Shown piece by piece: positions 49,434 through 59,897 of a DNA stretch of 64,000 nucleotides. The stretch covers positions 1 to 64,000 of the forward strand of contig DAHWIF010000005.1 of assembly GCA_027345565.1 (NCBI GenBank), written 5' to 3'. Source of the stretch: Candidatus Micrarchaeota archaeon. GTDB taxonomy: Archaea > Micrarchaeota > Micrarchaeia > Micrarchaeales > Micrarchaeaceae. The translations under genes were made by a program, and so were the position numbers. Numbering within the stretch: position 1 is the first letter of the stretch; the number at the start of each line of letters is the position of its first letter. The notes beneath the pieces were generated by a model, which was given only the letters and a program-made list of their open reading frames with translations, was not told the origin of the DNA and searched no databases.

Positions 49434-49806
49434 TCAGCGCGATTTCATGCCGGGCAGCATCTCCATGCTCTGCTTTGCATCCAGCACCAGGGTTATACCC
49501 CTGTACTTCTTGACCATCTGGTTTATATGATCCTTGTAGAAGTGCATCGCATCCCTGTCGCCCTTCGCAGCCTCCCTCTTATACGTCTGGCAGAGGTCGC
49601 AGTTGTGCGCCCTCTTCTCCGAGCCGTCCCTCCTGTCGTATATCTTCAGTACCACCTTGTCAACACCATCCCTCACGCTAACACCTCCAGCAACAATAGA
49701 GTATAACGCAGTCAAGATATTTATGGGTTGCCCTTCATGCGTCTTTATAGGAAAAACCAAATATGACGGTTGTCCATAAGGGCGCCCTGATTTCCGCATG
49801 CTCCCA
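49434..49806 (-). CDS. Hypothetical protein
   Basis: About 125-aa ORF co-oriented with neighbours; contains HxCxxC. Confidence 0.5.
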
Positions 49807-49823
49807 TGCCGCAACCGACGATC

Positions 49824-50369
49824 CTATCTGCCGCTTGGCTGTATCGCCCTGATGCCTGGTTGTACCCTCTCCAATGCCGCGCCTGGCATGTTGAAATGCT
49901 CCATGATTCTGCTCTTTACATCGCTATCCGATATGCCAAGCACCATCCCCTTGATAAGCACTGCTACGAAGGCTTCATCGCTCGGAAGCGCCCTCTCGCG
50001 CACACGCCGAATCAGGAGGCTATAGGCAGGTTCGAGGCTGAGCCTCGGCAGCATAGCGAACTCCCTCTCAACTATGCCTGAGAAGTAAGAGACCTGCCTG
50101 GCCGTGCTCTCATCCCTGAGCTTCGTCAGCTCCTTGCCGAGCGATTCGAGCGCCTCCCCATACGTATAAATCCCGTTCATTGACGGTTCGTCCATCGCGC
50201 GTCTCACCAGGGATTCCAGGCGCGCGCGGTCTACATCCATGTTAGCCATGGATTCCAGCGTCATGTCCACCAACCTGAGAAGGCGGTCCACCCTGTAGTC
50301 AACAAAATCCTCGCTCCCCCTTGGCGCCCCGTTCCTGGTGGACCACGTCCATAGCTTTGAGCTATGCAT
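49824..50369 (-). CDS. Hypothetical protein
   Basis: About 180-aa helical ORF; no recognised motif. Confidence 0.55.
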   Translation of the reverse strand: MHSSKLWTWSTRNGAPRGSEDFVDYRVDRLLRLVDMTLESMANMDVDRARLESLVRRAMDEPSMNGIYTYGEALESLGKELTKLRDESTARQVSYFSGIVEREFAMLPRLSLEPAYSLLIRRVRERALPSDEAFVAVLIKGMVLGISDSDVKSRIMEHFNMPGAALERVQPGIRAIQPSGR

Positions 50370-50425
50370 GAAATTACACCGCAAATGTGATATTTATAAC
50401 CTTTCCAAGCTGCTTCTCATGGCAA

Positions 50426-50898
50426 TTAGCAGCATTCTGTGTATACGACATACATGGCGTTGCGTGTGTTTACAGCCATGACCAAATTGCGTGCTGTGGG
50501 GCTATGGGCTCTTGCGCGTTGTGCGATGCCTAGGAATGCATCGAGGAATACGCGGCCTTCCATCGTCACACTGCACGTGATCGGCCCGTGCTGCATTGCA
50601 ACGGTCCTGAGCAGCTTCCCGTTCTCCGCTTCCTGCCATGCGTTTATGCCTCGCATGTCGTTGTCCACGCTGTCGACAGGTTGTACCTGTCCAGCCTGAG
50701 CATGCTCCTGTATTCGCTTGCGCTCGGTTGCATGAACATCAATCCGCTGGCGCGCTCGGTCGCCATGCGCAGCAGTTTTATGTCTTGCATGTCAAGGCTA
50801 AGAATTTTGACAGATTTGCTCTGCGCCCCTTCCGGCGCAACCTCCAGCATCATGCAGGTCATCAGTGCTTTGCGTCGCCCATCATCCGTCATAACCAA
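50426..50898 (-). pseudogene. Possible frameshifted hypothetical gene (two overlapping short ORFs)
   Basis: ORFs 50644-50898 and 50426-50668 overlap in different frames and fill a gene-sized gap. Confidence 0.3.
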
Positions 50899-50949
50899 GG
50901 CTTTTAAACCTATGCCGCACCTACGGTTCCTTTATAATCCAACGACGGC

Positions 50950-52026
50950 TCAGAATGGATTCCGCAGCCTGTACCTCGAGCCTCTCCACAATATTTCGCG
51001 CATTCTGGCGCCGACGACAAGATTAGTTATAAAGATGAAGTTGATGATGAGGCTTATCGGAAGTAGCGCCAGGTATGGGCGCTTTGCACGGCTGTACATC
51101 TTGATGATGCCTATGGCAAACGGAAGAAGCAGTATCAGGTACCACAATGAGCGGAGCGAGAGGATTATCCCGGAGAGCAGCGTCAGCGCCTGCGCGAAGT
51201 AGAACAGAAGCCCATAGCGAAGTACCTTTCTGTTCCCGAGTATCGACAATGCGGTCTGCCTGTTGGACCACTCCCAGAACGCCTGAAAGTTGTCATCGGC
51301 ATTCACGGTTATTGAATGGCTGTTGACATACGTGATCCCCAATCCCTTCTCCTTTGCGAAGTGTGCTACCGCAATATCATCAGACAGCGCTCTCTGGAAG
51401 AGCTTGAAGTCGCTGCTGTCGATAAGGCTTTTCCTGAATGCCATCGAGCCTCCCCAGACGAACCTCGTGACCGTGGATTCCATCATGCCGTTGCCAACGA
51501 AGCCCCATGCCATCTTGACCTTCGACCAGAAGCCCCTTACCGGGTTGAAGTACGGATAGGTGGTCGCGACGCCCACCTTCCTGTCCGACAGCGGCGCCAC
51601 AAGCCGCGACACGTGGTCTCTAGCGCATTGCACATCAGAATCTATCACCACATAGATGTCGAAGTCTCTGAACCTCCTCATTGCCGTTATAATCGCCGTT
51701 ACCTTGCCGCTGCCGCCCTCGTGCCTCTTTGCAGCTACTATGCAGTTTATGCGTGCTCTCCTTATCGCTCCGATTGCCTGGTCATCAGCGCTGTCGACCA
51801 CAGCGATTATCTGCATATTTCTGTAGTTCTGCCTCTTGACCGAGAGCAGGTTCTGCTCTAAGGTCACATCGCGCCCTTTGCACGGGATTATGACAAGCAC
51901 TCTTCCTCTCGGGCCTTTCGTGTACCTCTCGCCGCTTCCGGCAAGAACCCCAATAAGGTTCAACAACATAAGCCCGAGCCATGCAAGCGAAATAAGAATA
52001 ATCAGGATTGAAAAGAGGAGACCCAT
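50950..52026 (-). CDS. GT2 glycosyltransferase (ceramide glucosyltransferase-like, membrane)
   Basis: IIPCKG, GKV, IDSD, GGSMA, LSDD and WSNRQ motifs; TM helices. Confidence 0.85.
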   Translation of the reverse strand: MGLLFSILIILISLAWLGLMLLNLIGVLAGSGERYTKGPRGRVLVIIPCKGRDVTLEQNLLSVKRQNYRNMQIIAVVDSADDQAIGAIRRARINCIVAAKRHEGGSGKVTAIITAMRRFRDFDIYVVIDSDVQCARDHVSRLVAPLSDRKVGVATTYPYFNPVRGFWSKVKMAWGFVGNGMMESTVTRFVWGGSMAFRKSLIDSSDFKLFQRALSDDIAVAHFAKEKGLGITYVNSHSITVNADDNFQAFWEWSNRQTALSILGNRKVLRYGLLFYFAQALTLLSGIILSLRSLWYLILLLPFAIGIIKMYSRAKRPYLALLPISLIINFIFITNLVVGARMREILWRGSRYRLRNPF

Positions 52027-52034
52027 CCGAGCAC

Positions 52035-54557
52035 CTACCCGTTTACGGCAAGGAACCTTATGTTTGCATCTATCCTCTCGGCGGCCTTTTTCGCCTCTAG
52101 ATCTATATCCTTCCTCAGATTGTGCTTCCTGCCGAAAAATTCCGCAATCCTCTCCCTAGAAGAAGGATCCTTGGCCGCACCGAACGGGCTCACGCACCTC
52201 ACCAGCATGTGCGTGCTTGGCGAATATAACTGCATCAGCCTCTTCCAGTTCCGCATCGCCCAATCCCTGTATATATCATCAGCCACCGGGTTTGACCCTG
52301 CGACAGCCAATACCCTCCACGAATCCTGCAACCTTATCTGCTTTGAGAGCGCAACGCTTAAGGCCTTGCGCACAAGCCCCCTGTCTCCGAGCATGCCGAT
52401 GCTCGCGACAGCCCTGGACTGATCCTGCGGCGTTGTGCCATTCTTGTAGATCTCGATGAACCTTGAGAGCAGCCTTTCGCTCGGGTTGTTGAAAGCAACC
52501 GTAGCGTAAACTGCAGCCTTTATGTCATCGTCGATGCTCCTGCCTTTTGCAGAGGCATCGAAAAGCGCTGAGGCTTTCGATACGGTATCCTGGTCTTTGA
52601 GCATGCCTAGTGCCGATATCGCGCTGCTGCGCAGTATAGCGTCTGTAGGGTCCTCTCCCTTCTGCCTCCTCCAACCCAGCCTGCCAAGTACGGATTTGTG
52701 GAAAGCCAGGCTTGCCTCCCTGGCGCGTCCCTCCCATTTCCTTCCTTTGGACATGGTTGCTATCCAGTTCAGGTGCCCAGAGACGCTAATGCATAGCGGA
52801 TAATCCGAATCCATCAGGTAACTATCCACGAAATCGAGGTATGTGGAGACTTCGGAGCTGCCTGACCTAATGGCCGCAAACAGGTCGTTCTCTATTCCCC
52901 ACCCCTCCAGCACGCCCAATTTCTTATCTTTGACCATCCTTCCCAGACTGTCGAGCATAAAGCCCTCGTATGCTACACGGTAGAAGCCTGACTGTCCATA
53001 GTTGAGCTTTATCCATTTGCCCTTTATCGGTATCCTAGCCCTGGCATCCGAGAAGAGGAAGCTTCCTGGGCCGTCTTCAGTTATGTAACTTATCGGTATT
53101 ATCCACGGCTTTTCGTGAATATTCCCAGATATAGTGAAGCGCTCCTGCGAGATGTCAGCGTATCCACCGTCTATCTTGATATGCACCACAGGATAACCTG
53201 GCCTCTCGAGCCAGCCGCTCATCATCTCCTTTATCGGCATGCGCTTGCCCTCTGCCATCGCCTGCTTCTGTATTGCGTTCCAGAGATCGGCCCTGGTTGC
53301 ATTCGAGTAGGAATGCTTTTTCAGGTAGTTGCGCAGGCCTCTTCTGAATGTCAATTCGCCCACATACTCCTTGAGCATCAGCAGCATGCTGCCTCCCTTT
53401 TCATAGCCTATGTCGTCGAACATCTTCTCTATTTCTGATACGGTAGCCACCTCCATGCTTATCGGATGCGTATTCCTCATGCCATCTGCGGACAGCGCTG
53501 TGCCTATTGTGTCGTACCTGTAGCCTAACATCGTCTTCCACTCCTTGAACTGCCTGTCGACCGCCAGTGAGGCCATAAGGGTGGCGAAGCTCTCGTTCAG
53601 CCACATATCATCCCACCATCCCATCGTAACAAGGTCGCCGAACCACTGGTGTGCGAACTCGTGCGCTATCACATTTGCTATGTATTCCTTCGTTGCTATG
53701 CCGGCTTTCTTATCGTTGCAAAGGAGCGTACCTTCCCTGAATGTGACCGCCCCCCAGTTCTCCATGGCGCCCGCCGCGAAGTCCGGTATGGCTATCACGT
53801 CCATCTTCGGCATCTTGTACTTCACCATGAAATAGGACTGCAGGTCGGCTATGAACCTCTTGCTGTATTCCAGCGGGAGCTTTGTCAGAGCGCGCTTTCC
53901 AGGCACGGTTATGACGCTGACCCTCAGTTTATCCAAACTGCTTGATACGCGCTCGAAAGGCCCTACTCCGATGTAGAGCAGGTATGTCGACATTTTCGGC
54001 GTGGTGTGGAAGGTTACCAGCTTCTTGCCTGCGCCGATCTTCTTCGTGCTCTTGACCGGCATGTTCGATATCGCGTCCATGTGATTGTCTATCACAAGCG
54101 AGAGGTCGAACGTAGCTTTGTACTCCGGTTCGTCTATACACGGCAGCGCCGCTCTAGCGTTTGGCGCTTCGAACTGCGTTGTAAGGATATAGCCCTCCTT
54201 ACCCTTGTATGTGTATTTGCTCCTGTAGAAACCGTAGAGCCTATCGTTGTGCTCTCCCCGGTACAATATCACTATCGATATTGGGCCGCGCACGGGCCTG
54301 CGCAGCCTTATCGTCATCACCTCGTTTTTTGCGTCAAGCCTGAATGACGCTTCATAATCAAGTCCCCCAGACCTTACCTTTACGCTCCTTATCTTAAGCT
54401 CCTTGGCGTTCAGCTTTATGGTCCTTGTGCGCCTAACCGCATTGGCCGTTATCACTACCTCTCCATCGAACCTGAAACTCTTCATGTTCGGAGTTATCCT
54501 TATCCTATAGTTGAAAGGGATTACGCCGACTCCTATTGTAGCATGCCTGCGTATCAT
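52035..54557 (-). CDS. M1 family aminopeptidase (tricorn-interacting factor F2/F3-like)
   Basis: TQFE, GAMENWG, HEFAHQW..x18..E and YEKG motifs. Confidence 0.94.
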   Translation of the reverse strand: MIRRHATIGVGVIPFNYRIRITPNMKSFRFDGEVVITANAVRRTRTIKLNAKELKIRSVKVRSGGLDYEASFRLDAKNEVMTIRLRRPVRGPISIVILYRGEHNDRLYGFYRSKYTYKGKEGYILTTQFEAPNARAALPCIDEPEYKATFDLSLVIDNHMDAISNMPVKSTKKIGAGKKLVTFHTTPKMSTYLLYIGVGPFERVSSSLDKLRVSVITVPGKRALTKLPLEYSKRFIADLQSYFMVKYKMPKMDVIAIPDFAAGAMENWGAVTFREGTLLCNDKKAGIATKEYIANVIAHEFAHQWFGDLVTMGWWDDMWLNESFATLMASLAVDRQFKEWKTMLGYRYDTIGTALSADGMRNTHPISMEVATVSEIEKMFDDIGYEKGGSMLLMLKEYVGELTFRRGLRNYLKKHSYSNATRADLWNAIQKQAMAEGKRMPIKEMMSGWLERPGYPVVHIKIDGGYADISQERFTISGNIHEKPWIIPISYITEDGPGSFLFSDARARIPIKGKWIKLNYGQSGFYRVAYEGFMLDSLGRMVKDKKLGVLEGWGIENDLFAAIRSGSSEVSTYLDFVDSYLMDSDYPLCISVSGHLNWIATMSKGRKWEGRAREASLAFHKSVLGRLGWRRQKGEDPTDAILRSSAISALGMLKDQDTVSKASALFDASAKGRSIDDDIKAAVYATVAFNNPSERLLSRFIEIYKNGTTPQDQSRAVASIGMLGDRGLVRKALSVALSKQIRLQDSWRVLAVAGSNPVADDIYRDWAMRNWKRLMQLYSPSTHMLVRCVSPFGAAKDPSSRERIAEFFGRKHNLRKDIDLEAKKAAERIDANIRFLAVNG

Positions 54558-55165
54558 GACACCACCACGTTCTCAGATATCTGCCTGTAGGATTCTAAGA
54601 ACTCCTCTTTTCCAATCGAGTACCTTAGCTCTTCAGCGTATCCACTGTAATGCGCCCTCATCTCCCTGTATGACTGCTCTCTCGAGAAGCCCACCGAGCC
54701 TAGCATGGCTATCGATCTCGAGTTGAAGCTGAGCACATCAGCGTTGACCGTTCTGGTATCTCTGTCCATGAAAGTGAAAGTCGAGAGCAGTATCACCGCC
54801 TCTTTCGCATAGCCTCTGCCCCAGTGCTCCTTTCCGAGCCAGTAGCCTATGCTGCAGCTTTTCGCCTCTGCGTCGCGGCCGATGATGCCGGCAGCGCCTA
54901 TCAGCCTGCCTGAACCTGCTAGATGTATGCCGAAGTGGCATCCTGTTCCATCGCTAGCTGCCTTTTTCGTGCTGCTTATGAACGCTCGCGCATCATCTAA
55001 GCCGTAAGGATACGGGAAAGCGCCCGCCGACGCTACATTGTACGCGATCTCGTAATCGTTCGCGTTCCTGGCTATGTCATCGGCGTCGTTTTCGGAAACG
55101 CTCTCAAGGTAGACCCTGAACTTGTCGTATAGTATTCTTATCGTCTCACCACACGCACCACACAA
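54554..55165 (-). CDS. GNAT acetyltransferase, RimJ/RimL family
   Basis: PYPY...A, IGYWLGKEHWGRGYA and N.RS..ML...GF motifs. Confidence 0.88.
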   Translation of the reverse strand: MCGACGETIRILYDKFRVYLESVSENDADDIARNANDYEIAYNVASAGAFPYPYGLDDARAFISSTKKAASDGTGCHFGIHLAGSGRLIGAAGIIGRDAEAKSCSIGYWLGKEHWGRGYAKEAVILLSTFTFMDRDTRTVNADVLSFNSRSIAMLGSVGFSREQSYREMRAHYSGYAEELRYSIGKEEFLESYRQISENVVVS

Positions 55166-55213
55166 TATATAGATTTTGCATCCAAATCTGTTTATAGCTT
55201 GTGCTGTGGTCAG

Positions 55214-56089
55214 ATGGGCGTACTTAACACAATGCCGCCTTACAATCTGTTCGGCCTAGAGGAGCAGGACTACAAGAAAGCAAAAGTAGTCGTTTTTCCG
55301 GTGCCGTACGACTCTACCTCCACATACAAGGTGGGCTCGAGGGAAGGGCCGCATGCAATAATAGAGGCGAGCAGGCCGATGGAGCTGTACAGCGAGGAGC
55401 TCGGCAGGCGGATAAGCGACATAGGTATTTACACCATGGAGGAGATGGCGCCAGATTTCGATTCACCTAAGGGGATGGTAAATCGGATATCTAAGGAGGT
55501 ATCGCTTGTGCTGGAGGACTCGAAAGTGCCGCTGCTTATAGGCGGGGAGCACACCATAGCGATAGGAGCAGTGAAGGCTATCGCAGGCAGGTACAAGGAC
55601 TTCAGCGTGCTGCACCTCGATGCTCACGCCGATTCCTACGACGAGTTCAACAACAGCAGGTACTGCCATGCTTGTGTGATGGCGCGCATAAGGGAGATGT
55701 GCAAGAGCTGCTACAGCGTAGGCGTCAGGAGCATAGACGAGAGGAGCGCGAAGAGGCGCAACGACATTCTCTACATGAAGGATGCGAGGAAGCTCACAGC
55801 AAGGCAGATCGCGGAAAAGATACTTAGGAATACAGGTAGAAGCCTGTACGTGACCATAGACCTTGACGTGCTCGACCCGGCGGAGATGCCTAGCACCGGC
55901 ACGCCTGAGCCCGGAGGCTTCAGCTACAGCACCCTGAAGGACGTACTGGAAATTGTCCTGAAGCGGAGGAAGCTCATCGGAATGGACGTCAGCGAGCTCT
56001 GCCCCATACCGAACATGGTGGCGCCCAACTACCTCGCGGCAAAGCTTATATACAATGCATTGGGATATGCATTCTCCAAGAGGGCATGA
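55214..56089 (+). CDS. speB: Agmatinase
   Basis: GGEHT, DAHAD, DLDVLDP and TGTPEPGG motifs. Confidence 0.92.
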   Translation: MGVLNTMPPYNLFGLEEQDYKKAKVVVFPVPYDSTSTYKVGSREGPHAIIEASRPMELYSEELGRRISDIGIYTMEEMAPDFDSPKGMVNRISKEVSLVLEDSKVPLLIGGEHTIAIGAVKAIAGRYKDFSVLHLDAHADSYDEFNNSRYCHACVMARIREMCKSCYSVGVRSIDERSAKRRNDILYMKDARKLTARQIAEKILRNTGRSLYVTIDLDVLDPAEMPSTGTPEPGGFSYSTLKDVLEIVLKRRKLIGMDVSELCPIPNMVAPNYLAAKLIYNALGYAFSKRA

Positions 56090-56098
56090 GGCGCGCGC

Positions 56099-56773
56099 AT
56101 GAGACCCAGGATAAGCGTTGTGCTTCCAACGAAAGAGGAGGAGGGCGCGTTCTCCACGATAGCCAGCCTCAAGCGCATGTTCCCCTCTGGGCTGGAGATA
56201 ATAGTAATTGACAAGAGCGGCAGGGAGTTCTTTGGCAGGATAAAAAAGACGGGCGTGAGGGTGTTCAGGCAGCGCAGCAACGGCGTCGAGAATGCGATGA
56301 TAGAGGGGTTGAGGAAGTCGCGCGGCAGCGTGATAGCGAGCGTGGACGCGGACGGCACGCACGAGCTGTCTGGGGTCGAGCGCGGGATGAGGCTGATAGA
56401 GGCCGGGCGAGCGGACCTCGTGCTAGGCAACCGGATGGGAGGCCTGGAGCAGGGCTCCATGAGCGGCTACCTGCGCTTCGGGAACGCCGTATTGTCGTGG
56501 ATATTCAACCTGCTGTACGGGCAGAGCATCCATGACGTACTCACCGGCATGCTCATAATGGACAGGAAGGCGCTGGATGCCGTTAAGGGAATAAACCCTG
56601 AAGGCAACCCGATCGCATTCTTCCAGGTGCAGATCGCCAAGCGGGGCTTCAGGCTCGGCGAGGTGCGCATAAAGTACAGCAAAAGGAGGTACGGCAAGTC
56701 CAGGCTCGCTAAGTCAAAGTTCCTCTACGGTATAAGCACCGCGCTGTATATGGTGAGGGAGAGGCTAATCTAG
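56099..56773 (+). CDS. GT2 glycosyltransferase (DPM1-like)
   Basis: VVLPT.EE, DADGTH, DLV.GNR and R.YGKS motifs. Confidence 0.87.
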   Translation: MRPRISVVLPTKEEEGAFSTIASLKRMFPSGLEIIVIDKSGREFFGRIKKTGVRVFRQRSNGVENAMIEGLRKSRGSVIASVDADGTHELSGVERGMRLIEAGRADLVLGNRMGGLEQGSMSGYLRFGNAVLSWIFNLLYGQSIHDVLTGMLIMDRKALDAVKGINPEGNPIAFFQVQIAKRGFRLGEVRIKYSKRRYGKSRLAKSKFLYGISTALYMVRERLI

Positions 56774-56804
56774 CCATCCCGTACAAAAGGTTTTTATACC
56801 TTAA

Positions 56805-56859
56805 GATACTTTTTATATTGAAATAGACAAAAAGTGTCGTAAATGGAACAAAAAGTATC
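56805..56859. promoter_or_regulatory. Inverted-repeat operator-like sites of the second AbiE operon
   Basis: GATACTTTTT (56805-56814) versus AAAAAGTGTC (56829-56838) and AAAAAGTATC (56850-56859). Confidence 0.5.
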
Positions 56860-57556
56860 CAGCTACCGAGAGCTTCCGGAGCTCTTCACGATGTCCAGCC
56901 TATCCGGCGCCCTCCATATCAACAGACGGAGACTGAGCCGTATGCTGGAATCGTGGGTGGAAGAGGGAGTTGTCGTCAGGCTCAGGAAGGGCACATACGC
57001 AAAGAGCGATGCGAACCAGTTCAGGATAGCAGCGGGGCTGTACAACGGCTATATTGGTTTCTCATCCGCACTGTACCTCTACGGGCTCAAAACGGAGCTG
57101 GAGCGCATCGTGTACGTGTGCGTCTCCACTAGGGAGAAAACGTGCTACTTCAAAGGCGTAAAACTCCAGCCTATCGAGATCCAGAAGCAGCTTTACGGCA
57201 CAGAGCTGCATGACGGCACGCTCGTGTCTACGTACCCGAAAACTATATTCGATATGTTCCTGAAGCCCAAACATGCGAGCATGTTCGATGTCTACCGGGC
57301 CATTAATACACGACCTTTTGATAACCGGGAATGGATGGAGCTGATATACTATGCGAAAGATTCTAACCTGTCAACTATGCGAAGAATCGGGTTTGCCCTT
57401 GACGGAATAGCACCCGCGTGGTTCACCGCAGAGCTGCTCTCCTTGGCCAAAGGGAGCGGGAAATCTTTCTTCGGCTCCAAGAAGACAGCCAATTTCAATT
57501 CGAAATGGCGCATATACGACAACATAGGTGTAAGAAGGTGGGTAAATGCCATATGA
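56843..57556 (+). CDS. AbiEi-like antitoxin
   Basis: wHTH ..G.VVRLRKGTY; YIGFSSALYLYGL; ST.PKTIFD. Confidence 0.82.
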   Translation: MEQKVSSYRELPELFTMSSLSGALHINRRRLSRMLESWVEEGVVVRLRKGTYAKSDANQFRIAAGLYNGYIGFSSALYLYGLKTELERIVYVCVSTREKTCYFKGVKLQPIEIQKQLYGTELHDGTLVSTYPKTIFDMFLKPKHASMFDVYRAINTRPFDNREWMELIYYAKDSNLSTMRRIGFALDGIAPAWFTAELLSLAKGSGKSFFGSKKTANFNSKWRIYDNIGVRRWVNAI

Positions 57557-58262
57557 CTTGGCTGATGTCTCCCTCAAGACCGGCATAACGCAGGAGAAGT
57601 TGCAGAAGGAGGTAGCTGGCATGGTGGCGCTGCAGGAGTTGGCTGCCCTCTTTGCCAGCGAACGCCAGAAGGTGGCGCTTTACGGCGGGACCGCGCTTAA
57701 TAAGATATACTTCGGTAAGGACCAGCGAATATCATATGACTTGGACATAGAGAGCTTCGCCTTCGAAAGAAGCATCTCGCTCATGCAGAGGGTGTGCGAC
57801 AGCAAGGTATCCCACATAAAGGCGGCCAGGTTCGTCTACAAAGGCGTCGTGGTAGACCTCACAAAGGCCAGGAGAATCGAGGAGCCTTCCTTAAGGAGGG
57901 TGGAGAGCTTATTGGGATTCTTCAATTATCCTATGGGATCGCTCCTTGTTCCGTCCTACAGCTTGGAGCTGCTCCTTGCAAGGAAGACCACGGCGCTGCT
58001 TTCCAGACTAGTGCCAAAGGATGTCTACGACACGTGGATGGGGCTGAAGCTATTGAAGGGCGAGAAGCTGTACAGATCATACGTTCTTAAAATAGCAAAG
58101 GCGGAAAGGATGAACCTGCAATACCTCATAGGGCAGCTAAAGTACTTCTACAAGAGTGGTGATATGAGGTATGAGCCCGAGAGCATCGACGTGATCAGGA
58201 CAGTCAACTTCAAGATAATGATCGGTGACGTAATATTAAGGCTTTACAAGATCTTTATGTAG
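57546..58262 (+). CDS. AbiEii/DUF1814 nucleotidyltransferase toxin
   Basis: LYGGTALNKIYF...RISYDLDI; K..ALLSR...KDVYD. Confidence 0.85.
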   Translation: MPYDLADVSLKTGITQEKLQKEVAGMVALQELAALFASERQKVALYGGTALNKIYFGKDQRISYDLDIESFAFERSISLMQRVCDSKVSHIKAARFVYKGVVVDLTKARRIEEPSLRRVESLLGFFNYPMGSLLVPSYSLELLLARKTTALLSRLVPKDVYDTWMGLKLLKGEKLYRSYVLKIAKAERMNLQYLIGQLKYFYKSGDMRYEPESIDVIRTVNFKIMIGDVILRLYKIFM

Positions 58263-58269
58263 GGATTGT

Positions 58270-59397
58270 ATGAGAATCGCGTTCGTGTCGGATGTCGCTT
58301 TCCCGTGGCATGTCGGCGGGGTTGAGCAAACCGAGCGACTTGAGGCAGAGCACCTTGCAAAGGGCCACGAGGTGCACTTCTTCTCATTCAAGTGGAAGGG
58401 GATGAAGCGCGATTTCACGGACAAACGGATCCACTACCACTGCTCGCATTACCTCACCGACAAGGAGTTCTACAGGCACAAGCGCAGGTCGATAAGGGAG
58501 GGCTTTTACTTCTCGATGGTAGCATGGCGCATATTCTCAAGCAGGTTCGACGTGGTTCAGGTGAACGCGTTCCCATACCTGCACCTGCCAGTAATGAAAC
58601 TCTACTGCAGGATTACGGGCGCGAAGCTGATCATGGACGTAGCGGAATACTGGACAAGGGAAGAGTGGATGGGCTACCTTGGCAGGGCGCTTGGCGGCAT
58701 AGTCTCGGATTACACGAACTGGATGCTCCGCGGAGCGGACGCCTACATAGCCAACCCGGGCAAGGCCTACGACGGGCTGGTGTCGATAGGGGTGCCGCGC
58801 TCGATCATAGAGCGGTTCACCCCGATACTTGATGACAAAGAGCTATCTACGGTAAGGGCAAAACAGAGGCGCGGCCTTGTTGTCTACCTTGGCAGGTTGA
58901 TAAAGGAGAAAAGGTTCGACCTATGGCTGGAGGCCGTGAAGGAGGCCTCCAGCATCGAGAGCGGCATAAAGGGCATAATAATAGGGGATGGGCCGGAGCG
59001 CGCAGCGATACGCCATATGATCCCTGCGCTGGGGCTCAACGCCACAGTCCAGCTGCGCAGGTTCTACAACGAAAGGAGGGCCGCCCACCGTATACTCAAG
59101 AGCGCATCCGTATTCCTCAACATGTCTGAGAGGGAGGGGCTCAGTGCCACAGCCCTCGAGAGCATAGCGCTCGGTACACCCGTAGTGCTGCCGAGCTATT
59201 CGCCGATACCTGATGCTGTCAAGGGGATGTGTACCGTATGCGATAAGGATGATGTGCCGCGCACGCTTGCAAGGATAGCCAGAGGCAATAAAAGCTCATT
59301 CATAAGGAATGCCAAGAATCTTGATGGCTTCAAGGCGTCCTCTATACCATCATTCTACAAGAGGCTTTTTGCAAGGCTTGATCTGAAGCCAGTATGA
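58270..59397 (+). CDS. GT4 glycosyltransferase
   Basis: PWHVGGVE, YLGRLIKEK, GDGPE and SEREGL...LES motifs. Confidence 0.88.
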   Translation: MRIAFVSDVAFPWHVGGVEQTERLEAEHLAKGHEVHFFSFKWKGMKRDFTDKRIHYHCSHYLTDKEFYRHKRRSIREGFYFSMVAWRIFSSRFDVVQVNAFPYLHLPVMKLYCRITGAKLIMDVAEYWTREEWMGYLGRALGGIVSDYTNWMLRGADAYIANPGKAYDGLVSIGVPRSIIERFTPILDDKELSTVRAKQRRGLVVYLGRLIKEKRFDLWLEAVKEASSIESGIKGIIIGDGPERAAIRHMIPALGLNATVQLRRFYNERRAAHRILKSASVFLNMSEREGLSATALESIALGTPVVLPSYSPIPDAVKGMCTVCDKDDVPRTLARIARGNKSSFIRNAKNLDGFKASSIPSFYKRLFARLDLKPV

Positions 59398-59446
59398 TAT
59401 GCGATGGAATGCAGAAAGCGCAGCACGCCCTCTTCCAAAACAGATA

Positions 59447-59482
59447 AAAAAATAAAAAGAAAGGGATAGCGCTAGCTATCCC
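59447..59482 (-). terminator. Hairpin + U-tract terminator
   Basis: GGGATAGC-TAGC-GCTATCCC followed by TTTCTTTTTATTTTTT on the minus strand, downstream of 59505-59897. Confidence 0.65.
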
Positions 59483-59504
59483 AAGTTTCTGCACGCCTGA
59501 AGGC

Positions 59505-59897
59505 TTACGCCTTCTCGGTCATGCCTACAGCAGAGCCTATGATCGACAGTATGAAGCCAATCACGACCAGCCACATGAAGCTTGTTCCGGCTGTCATTAG
59601 GAGCAAAGCTATTGCCGCTGCCCATGTCAGTTTCGCTGCCGCACCTGCCGCCCTTCCTCCTCTGCCCGCCAGATTAGCGAAGCTAATCAGGAATACCGCT
59701 ATCGAAGCCAGTATCGCTATCGGGTAGATGAAAGGCAGCCAAAGGCTCGCTACACCTGTATTCCACGCGCTCAACGCACTAGAGTACCCTATCGCTCCAC
59801 TGTTTAGGAGCAAGGCAGCTGTCACCAGGAAGAATATTCCTCCTAGGAACTCTAGGCCGAAGGCCGCGTATGATGTTCCGCTTTTGCCTCTTGCCAT
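59505..59897 (-). CDS. Four-TM hypothetical membrane protein
   Basis: Start MARGKS preceded by AGGTGA SD; four hydrophobic segments. Confidence 0.72.
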   Translation of the reverse strand: MARGKSGTSYAAFGLEFLGGIFFLVTAALLLNSGAIGYSSALSAWNTGVASLWLPFIYPIAILASIAVFLISFANLAGRGGRAAGAAAKLTWAAAIALLLMTAGTSFMWLVVIGFILSIIGSAVGMTEKA

